Shown: positions 38,464 to 45,049 of the stretch, piece by piece
Layout: each line of letters starts with the position of its first letter
Numbering within the stretch: position 1 is the first letter of the stretch
Origin: an uncultured Pelagibacteraceae bacterium
Lineage (GTDB): Bacteria; Pseudomonadota; Alphaproteobacteria; Pelagibacterales; Pelagibacteraceae
Direction of reading: 5' to 3'
DNA length: 45,049 bases
Assembly: GCA_902588335.1 (NCBI GenBank)
Contig: CACIOV010000001.1
Coordinates: forward strand, 1-45,049
The notes under the pieces: model-generated
Told to the model about the DNA's origin: nothing
Database searches by the model: none
The model's input: only the letters and a program-made list of their open reading frames with translations
Translations under genes and position numbers: made by a program

Positions 38464-39732
38464 TAAGAATAAAATAGCTCTAGTAGATTGCAATTCGTTC
38501 TATGTTTCCTGTGAAAGATTATTTAATCCCTCAATAATTAGAAAACCAGTTGTGGTACTTTCAAGTAATGACGGCTGCGTGATATCTAGATCATCAGAAG
38601 CTAAAGCTTTGGGAATAAAAATGGGAGAGCCTTATTTTAAAGTAAGAAAAATAGTAAAGGAGAATGATGTAAAAATTTTTTCAACAAATTTTTCATTATA
38701 TGGAGATATATCAAGAAGAGTTATGAAAACTTTAAAACAATTTTCACCCCAAATGGAAGTTTATTCGATTGATGAAGCTTTTTTGGATTTATCTTCGGTT
38801 AAAAATGAAAAATTACTAGAGCATGGTTATAAAATTAGAGAAACTGTTTTAAAATGGACAGGTATACCTACTAGCATTGGTATGGCTACAACCAAAACTT
38901 TGAGTAAGGCTGCTAATTATATTGCAAAGACAGAAAAGTCAGGAGTTGTTAATTTAATAAATTTAAAACAGATAGATGAACTTCTTTCAAAAATTAAAAT
39001 AAATGATGTCTGGGGTGTTGGAAAACAACTAACAAAATTCTATATTACAAATGGAATAAATACTGCTTATGATCTTAAAAATATGCACAACGGATGGATA
39101 AAAAAAAATACAAATGTTTTTGGATCGCGCACTGCAATGGAATTAAAAGGAATTCCATGTGTATCCTTAGAACCTCATGAGGAAAAAAGAAAAAATTGTT
39201 GTGTATCTAGATCTTTTGGAAAAAAAGTTACAAGATTAGAGGAGCTTAGTGAAGCTATAACAGCACATTGTCTTAATGCTGCTGAAAAAATAAGAACAGA
39301 TAAACAAACGGTAAAAAAAATAACCGTTTTTATAAGAACAAGCCCCTTCCAAAAAAATCAAAATTATTATTCAAATTCAAAATCTATTGATTTGCCAATA
39401 AGAACTAATGACAGCATTATATTAGTAAAAAAAGCATTAGCCATATTAGAAAGCATATATGTAAAAGGATATAAATATCAAAAAACTGGTATAGTTTTTT
39501 CAGATTTAAAAGATGTCGATATTTATAATAAAAATTTATTTGCAGAAGTTAACAATGAAGAAAAGAGAATAAAATTAATGAAAGCAATTGATCATACAAA
39601 TTTTAAATACGGACGTAATGCTTTAAGTATCGCACAAGCAGGATTAAAAAAAAATGGAACATCAAAAGGCAACATGCTTCTAAAATTGATACAGCTTGTT
39701 TTGATTTTTTACCTGTTATTAAGATCGCTTAA
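38453..39732 (+). CDS. umuC: Y-family DNA polymerase V catalytic subunit UmuC; the conserved C-terminus is reached only after a -1 shift in an A9 run
   Basis: [18 protein letters not shown] and SIDEAFLD are Y-family motifs. As sequenced, the ORF runs to 39868 with a non-homologous hydrophobic tail. The -1 frame after A9 (39646-39654) reads [28 protein letters not shown], stop 39730-39732. That aligns with the E. coli UmuC end QQQWQMKRAMLSPRYTTRSSDLLRVK. Confidence 0.85.
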
Positions 39733-40596
39733 AACATCAATATTATTAATATTATTCAAAGAATTTTTTAATTCAGAAGTATTTTCTCGAAAAGAAATTA
39801 GCAAGATCAAGATGTTAAAAATAATTAGCAAAATCATGATAAGAGCAAAGGACAAAAATCCAATTTGATGTCTAAAAGCATAAATAAAAACTGAAAAGAT
39901 AGCTGTTCTCAGAAAAACAGAATATTTAAAAACGGCAATAATAGAAAAAGAATGTATCAAAAGTTTAAAAAAATTCATTTGGGTTGGTCCAAAATATCTT
40001 CGTCCTCTAATTGACGGTACTGAAGCTCGATCAGATATGATTTTTACTACTGAACCAGAAAAACTACTCCAAATACAAGATTCTTTAACTAACCTGCTGG
40101 CCGATTCTTTTGGTAAACAGGTATAATTACCAAATTTAATAAGCTTCCCTGTAAAGATATAAGTCAGAATTTTATGACACTCGTAAAGTAATTTAAAAAA
40201 AGGACCTTCAGAACGCTTAATTCGATCTGCTGTAACCACTTTTGAAGGATTTTCTTTAGATTTATTAAAAATTAAAGTGAGATCCTCTGGTCTATCTTCT
40301 CCATCTCCATCCATTAAAATAACATGATCAAAATTTTCTTTTTCTGTTAAAAATTTTAAACCAGCAGCATTACATCTGCCGTGTCCACGATTTTTTTTCA
40401 TATTCATAATTCGAACTGATTTAATATTTTTAAAATTTAATTTAATTGAATTTATTTTTTCAGTAGATGCATCATTTACAATCAAAATAGAAACTTCGGC
40501 ATCCCACGCAGAAATAACTAAATCTATTTCTTGCAAAACCTTAAAAACCGATTTCCAATCATTGAAAATAGAAATTAAAATTACATATTTTTTCAT
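39709..40596 (-). CDS. GT2-family polyprenyl-phosphate glycosyltransferase (ArnC/GtrB/DPM1-like) with a C-terminal membrane anchor
   Basis: 295 aa with ISIFND...LIVNDAST, the DxD-type [11 protein letters not shown] motif, and two or three C-terminal TM helices. Has an ATGA overlap with the upstream GT-C gene. Confidence 0.78.
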   Translation of the reverse strand: MKKYVILISIFNDWKSVFKVLQEIDLVISAWDAEVSILIVNDASTEKINSIKLNFKNIKSVRIMNMKKNRGHGRCNAAGLKFLTEKENFDHVILMDGDGEDRPEDLTLIFNKSKENPSKVVTADRIKRSEGPFFKLLYECHKILTYIFTGKLIKFGNYTCLPKESASRLVKESCIWSSFSGSVVKIISDRASVPSIRGRRYFGPTQMNFFKLLIHSFSIIAVFKYSVFLRTAIFSVFIYAFRHQIGFLSFALIMILLIIFNILILLISFRENTSELKNSLNNINNIDVLSDLNNR

Positions 40597-41975
40597 TTTT
40601 TATTTCCTATCATGCAAATTCCTTTATTTTCTATTTTAACAAAAACTCCCCTACAAATATTCTCCAAAATATTAAAATCGCCAATTAAAATAAATCCATC
40701 TTCAGCATTATTAATCGCAGTATCATCTTTGCCTTCAAAAATATTATCCCATCTCGGTCTAGATTTAAGATGATACGATAGATTCCCTCCATACCATTCA
40801 TCTCCTCCTACCAGTCCAATTTTATTTGAAAAATTTTCGTCCCATTTTTTTTGAACAAGTTTAGAAATTTCTTTTCCAGAATAATTAGTTCTTTTATCTG
40901 TTTCGGTAATTGAAATATAAGCATAAACAAAAGGTGATAAAATAAATAAAATTAAAAAGGTATATACAAAACCTTTTAATCTTCTCAAATTAATTTTACT
41001 TTGAAAAACATAAACAATAAAAACTCCCATGAACAAATAAAAAGGAGTCATCCACATTGTTCTAATTTTCACTCCCATAATCATTGAAGTTAAAAACATT
41101 ATAAATATTGGAACTATATTTACGCAAATTAAGAAAAATAATTTTTTGTCTTTTATATTAAACTTTGTTTTAATTTTTGAAATAACAAACAAAAACATAA
41201 CAAAAAAGGGTATCAATATTCCAATTTGCTTTCCTAAAAATATTAAAGGGTTAGTAATATGATCTAAAAAAATTTGGTCTCCTGTTCCTGTTCTATGAAG
41301 ACCGTAGGTAATCGTAATATAATTATTTTCTGTAAGCCAAATTATATGAGGTAGTAAAATTAAAAAAAAAGGTATTAAAGAGATAAGACTCTTCAACTTA
41401 ACTTTTTTTTTAATAATCATATAGCAAAAAAATACATCCATGGCCACTAACAGGTAGATAAATAAATACTTTGATAAAATTCCTAGAGCTGTAAATAAAC
41501 CAAACAATAACCAATCAATGGTTTTATTATCTTTAAATCCTTTCCAGGCATACAAAACTGATAATGCCCAAAAGGGCAATTGACATATGTTGACATTAAA
41601 TTCTGGAGTAGTGAAATTATAAAAATAAATTCCTTCTAATAATAATACTGATATCAAGCAGTAAATTTTATTTTTAAAAAATTCTTCAGAAAATTTCCAT
41701 ATAACAAAAAAAGATAAAACTACGAATAATTGGCTTAATAAATAATAAGCCCAGTCGTTACTACCAAATATTTGATAAAACAATTCAACAAAAAAAGCGC
41801 TTGCGGGAGGATGCTTGTTAAAACCCCAATCTAAATTAGTTGCCCATGCCAAAGCTTCTATTGTATCTAATGGAAGATTATTATTTGAAATAGTTGGGAC
41901 CAAAGTCCAAACAATAAGATGTGAAAATAAAAAGTATATTAAAATTTTATTAACGTCTTTTTTTTTGATTAACAT
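40593..41975 (-). CDS. GT-C fold membrane glycosyltransferase (ArnT / PMT_2, GT83/GT39-like)
   Basis: 460 aa with about 11 TM segments. The first periplasmic loop, LPLDTIEALAWATNLDWGFNKHPP, matches the ArnT-like D/E-x-x-(Y/W)...GY..HPP signature. Confidence 0.72.
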   Translation of the reverse strand: MLIKKKDVNKILIYFLFSHLIVWTLVPTISNNNLPLDTIEALAWATNLDWGFNKHPPASAFFVELFYQIFGSNDWAYYLLSQLFVVLSFFVIWKFSEEFFKNKIYCLISVLLLEGIYFYNFTTPEFNVNICQLPFWALSVLYAWKGFKDNKTIDWLLFGLFTALGILSKYLFIYLLVAMDVFFCYMIIKKKVKLKSLISLIPFFLILLPHIIWLTENNYITITYGLHRTGTGDQIFLDHITNPLIFLGKQIGILIPFFVMFLFVISKIKTKFNIKDKKLFFLICVNIVPIFIMFLTSMIMGVKIRTMWMTPFYLFMGVFIVYVFQSKINLRRLKGFVYTFLILFILSPFVYAYISITETDKRTNYSGKEISKLVQKKWDENFSNKIGLVGGDEWYGGNLSYHLKSRPRWDNIFEGKDDTAINNAEDGFILIGDFNILENICRGVFVKIENKGICMIGNKK

Positions 41976-42003
41976 AGCTTTAATTTATACAAGTTTATCC
42001 CTA

Positions 42004-42031
42004 TTGACACCTGTAAAAAGGCAAATATACT
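42004..42031 (+). promoter_or_regulatory. Sigma-70-like promoter candidate for dksA
   Basis: TTGACA (42004-42009), a 16-nt spacer, then TATACT (42026-42031), about 34 nt upstream of the ATG at 42065. AT-rich background makes false positives likely. Confidence 0.35.
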
Positions 42032-42064
42032 CACCGGCCTTATACAATTTTATTGTTACAGATC

Positions 42065-42472
42065 ATGGCAAAAAAATATACTCCAAATGAAAAAGAAAAA
42101 TATATGTGTGAAAAACATAAAGTTTTTTTTAAAAAAAAACTACTCGAATGGAAAAATGAAATAATTAAATCTAATAGTAAAGGTTTATATTTTAGTGATG
42201 TTGACCATGAAATTTCTTCACCAGATATAGTTGATCAAGCCTCTTCACAGACTGAAAAAACAGTTGAAATGCGAACACTAAATAGACAAATAAAGCTTTT
42301 ATCAAAAATCGACGGAGCGATTAAGAGAATAAATGATAATACTTACGGTTATTGTGAAGAAACTGGGGAACCAATAGGGTTGAAAAGACTAATTGCAAGA
42401 CCCATAGCCACGCTATCAATTGAAGCTCAAGAAAAACACGAAAAAAATGAAAAAATATTTGCAGATATTTAA
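42065..42472 (+). CDS. dksA: RNA polymerase-binding transcription factor DksA (degenerate, 1-Cys zinc-finger variant)
   Basis: About 135 aa from ATG 42065 (the track starts at TTG 42053). It has the coiled-coil tip motif DIVDQA and a C-terminal YGYCEETGEPIGLKRLIARPIATLSIEAQ aligning with E. coli [29 protein letters not shown]. Confidence 0.85.
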   Translation: MAKKYTPNEKEKYMCEKHKVFFKKKLLEWKNEIIKSNSKGLYFSDVDHEISSPDIVDQASSQTEKTVEMRTLNRQIKLLSKIDGAIKRINDNTYGYCEETGEPIGLKRLIARPIATLSIEAQEKHEKNEKIFADI

Positions 42473-42473
42473 A

Positions 42474-43100
42474 TTAAATTTGTGGAATTTTTTCACCTTT
42501 GTTTAAACCATCAAATCCTTTAATTACTGCCTCTCTCCTAGCGATATCCATATACCATCTGCTTAAATGAGTAAATTTTTTAAGTCCAATGTCATGTATA
42601 GGGTGCCTAGCAATCCAAGGAAAAGTTGCAATATCTGCTATCGTATATTTTTTTCCTGCTAGAAATTTAGATTTTTCTAAACGTTCATCTAAATCTTTGT
42701 ATATGGTTTCTGCAATTTTAAAATACCGATCTTCTCCAAATTTACTTTTACCTGGATTGTAATGATGAAATTGGTGGTGCTGACCTAACAAAGGACCAAT
42801 ATAAGCTACCTGACCAATAAGCCACTGATTAATTAAAATCCTATCACTCTTATCATAAAATTTACCACTCTTTTCAGCTAAATAAATTAAAATAGCCCCG
42901 GATTCAAAAATACTAATATTATTTTTGTGATCTGTTATTACAGGTATTTTGCTAAATGGACTGATTGATCTAAATTTCGAATTAAATTGATCTCCTTTTT
43001 TAAGATCAAGAACAGTAATTTTATAAGGATACTGAATTTCTTCCAACATAATAGATATTTTTTTGCCGTTGGGAGTATCTGCATAAAATAATTCAATCAC
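42474..43100 (-). CDS. Nu-class glutathione S-transferase (YfcG/YghU-like)
   Basis: 208 aa with DTPNGKKISIMLEE...ISPFSKIPVI...FESGAILIYLAEK...GPLLGQHHQFHHY...IADIATFPW. It closely parallels E. coli YfcG. Confidence 0.82.
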   Translation of the reverse strand: MIELFYADTPNGKKISIMLEEIQYPYKITVLDLKKGDQFNSKFRSISPFSKIPVITDHKNNISIFESGAILIYLAEKSGKFYDKSDRILINQWLIGQVAYIGPLLGQHHQFHHYNPGKSKFGEDRYFKIAETIYKDLDERLEKSKFLAGKKYTIADIATFPWIARHPIHDIGLKKFTHLSRWYMDIARREAVIKGFDGLNKGEKIPQI

Positions 43101-44115
43101 TTTTTTTAACTCCTAATTTTTCTTGAATACTTTTAGAAGTCGTACTGAATTCAAATCTATATTTTTCATTAGGTCTTGCTAACTTAAAACAACCTCTGGC
43201 AGCAAGAGCTCCTTCGTGAAAACCTGATAATATTAATTTAAGTTTTCCTGGATATGTGCAAATATCTCCAATTGCAAATATACCTTTTTTATTTGTTTCA
43301 AAATTTTCCGTGTTTACTGGTATTGTTTTTTTTTCTAAATTTAAACCCCATTCAACTATAGGGCCAAGCTTCATTATTAATCCAAAAAAACCAAGAACGC
43401 AGTCTGTTACGATCTTTTCAGTTTTTCCATCTTCGGTTTTAACAGTTATTGCTTCTATATTTTTTTTCCCCTCGATAGAATTGATCTGAAATGGAGTTTT
43501 TATTTTTAATTTTCCTTCTTTTTCAAATTTTCTTGCTAATTGAGCAGTATGTTCAGCTCCTCTAAATTCATCTCTTCTATGTACCAGTGTTACTTCTGAA
43601 ATTTTTGATAATTCAATTGCCCAATCCAATGCAGAATCACCACCTCCAAAAATAGAAACTTTTTTATTTTTAAAATAATTTTTATCTTTAATTGAATAAT
43701 AAATACCATTATTTTCAAATCGTTCTGCTTCTTTTAGAGGAAATTTTCTAGGCTCAAAGGAACCTACCCCGCCTGCAATAATTATATTTGGCGTTAGAAA
43801 AACTTTTTTTTTATTGGTTGTTACTTTCCAATTATCTTTATCTTTTATGACTTCTTCAACTCTTTCGTTTAAATGAATGTTTGTTTTAAAAGGTTTAATT
43901 TGCTCCAGTAAATTTTCCGTCAAACTTTTTCCTGTGCATACTGTTAAAGCAGGTATATCGTAAATGGGCTTGTCAGGATATAATTCTATACATTGTCCAC
44001 CAACTTTGTCTAAATTATCTACCACTTCTGCCTTAAGACCGATTACGCCCAACTGATGAACCGCAAACAAACCTACGGGACCAGCCCCGATTACTAGAAC
44101 GTCAGTTTTAATCAT
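43093..44115 (-). CDS. Thioredoxin-reductase-like ferredoxin--NADP+ oxidoreductase
   Basis: 340 aa with the FAD motif VLVIGAGPVGLFA, the NADP motif FGGGDSALDWA, GDICTYPGKLKLI, and no CxxC redox pair. This is the pattern of TrxR-type FNR (YumC / R. palustris type). Confidence 0.82.
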   Translation of the reverse strand: MIKTDVLVIGAGPVGLFAVHQLGVIGLKAEVVDNLDKVGGQCIELYPDKPIYDIPALTVCTGKSLTENLLEQIKPFKTNIHLNERVEEVIKDKDNWKVTTNKKKVFLTPNIIIAGGVGSFEPRKFPLKEAERFENNGIYYSIKDKNYFKNKKVSIFGGGDSALDWAIELSKISEVTLVHRRDEFRGAEHTAQLARKFEKEGKLKIKTPFQINSIEGKKNIEAITVKTEDGKTEKIVTDCVLGFFGLIMKLGPIVEWGLNLEKKTIPVNTENFETNKKGIFAIGDICTYPGKLKLILSGFHEGALAARGCFKLARPNEKYRFEFSTTSKSIQEKLGVKKSD

Positions 44116-44122
44116 AATTAAA

Positions 44123-44455
<333 letters not shown>

Positions 44456-44527
44456 CTAAATATATGCTAAATAAAATAATGCAATAGATAAAATGATATG
44501 TTTTAATAGTTTGTTGGGTTTTTACTT

Positions 44528-45049
44528 ATGGCAACAAAATACCAAGAAATATATCAAAGATCTATTAAGGATGCGGAAGGATTCTGGTCCGATGTTGCTA
44601 AAGATATATTTTGGTACAAAAAACCTTCGAAAATTTTAAATGCCGATAATCCTCCTTTTTATAAATGGTTTCAGGATGGAACTACAAATACATGTTATAA
44701 TGCAGTAGATTTGCACGTTAAAAATGGAAATGGAAAAAAAATAGCTGTTATCTACGATAGTCCCATCACAAATTCACAAAAAAAAATAACTTACAAACAA
44801 TTACAAGATCAGGTCTCAACCTTTGCTGGAGCATTAGTAAACCAAGGAGTAAAAAAGGGAGATAGAGTCATAATTTATATGCCTATGATTCCTGAATCGG
44901 TAATTGCTATGCTAGCTTGTGGAAGAATAGGAGCAATACATTCAGTAGTCTTTGGTGGTTTCGCAGCAAATGAATTGGCTAGTAGAATTGACGACTCTAA
45001 AGCAAAAATTATTTTATCAGCATCATGTGGTTATGAACCAGGAAGAACA
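44528..45049 (+). CDS. prpE: Propionate--CoA ligase (acyl-CoA synthetase, PrpE-like), N-terminal fragment running off the window
   Basis: Not in the ORF track. ATG 44528 is open to the window end (174 codons). YQRSIKDAEGFW...PPFYKWFQDGTTNTCYNAVD...GDRVIIYMPMIPES...GAIHSVVFGGFA...RIDDSKAKI parallels Salmonella PrpE almost block for block. Confidence 0.78.
   Translation, partial: MATKYQEIYQRSIKDAEGFWSDVAKDIFWYKKPSKILNADNPPFYKWFQDGTTNTCYNAVDLHVKNGNGKKIAVIYDSPITNSQKKITYKQLQDQVSTFAGALVNQGVKKGDRVIIYMPMIPESVIAMLACGRIGAIHSVVFGGFAANELASRIDDSKAKIILSASCGYEPGRT

Noticed and set aside
39733-39868. Zero-frame continuation of umuC (hydrophobic tail [28 protein letters not shown]...).
   Set aside because: It has no similarity to UmuC C-termini and overlaps the convergent GT2 gene by 160 nt. 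The -1 frame encodes the conserved UmuC end, so this tail is treated as a frameshift artefact.

Overview
The window reads as a highly streamlined, very AT-rich alphaproteobacterial chromosome segment, SAR11/Pelagibacterales-like. GC is roughly 30% by eye (not computed), proteins are Lys/Ile/Asn-rich, and spacers are tiny or negative. About 47 protein genes fill nearly all of it, almost all core housekeeping. They include the nrdJ 3' end, aspS, hda, purMN, ndk, pepA, lptF-lptG-lptD-surA-pdxA-rsmA, gmk, acpP-fabG-fabD, rpsF-rpsR-rplI and dnaB. Next come an RND exporter, cvpA-purF, a yfgM-like gene with bamB, panB, rlmE, pssA-psd, icd, alaS, recA and tolC. The right end is more accessory-like. 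It holds a GFA-family protein with a GLYK-type kinase, umuDC, a GT2 plus ArnT-like glycosyltransferase pair, dksA, a ferredoxin/FNR/GST operon and the prpE 5' end. I found no rRNA, tRNA, CRISPR array, IS element, prophage or recognisable defence island, and I cannot point to a convincing undescribed multi-gene system. The items most worth a second look: (1) pdxA and umuC each have a reading frame broken inside a poly(A) run, while many longer runs stay in frame. (2) A perfect alphaproteobacterial LexA box lies against the umuD start, with a near-consensus box at recA. (3) The polyprenyl-P-sugar synthase and GT-C pair has no accompanying sugar-modification genes. (4) DksA keeps only 1 of its 4 zinc-finger cysteines. 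(5) Three units have no clear explanation: GFA-kinase-TolC, Fdx-FNR-GST, and hda plus an unknown secreted protein. (6) Packing is extreme, with overlapping divergent start codons and convergent stop codons that share a palindrome.
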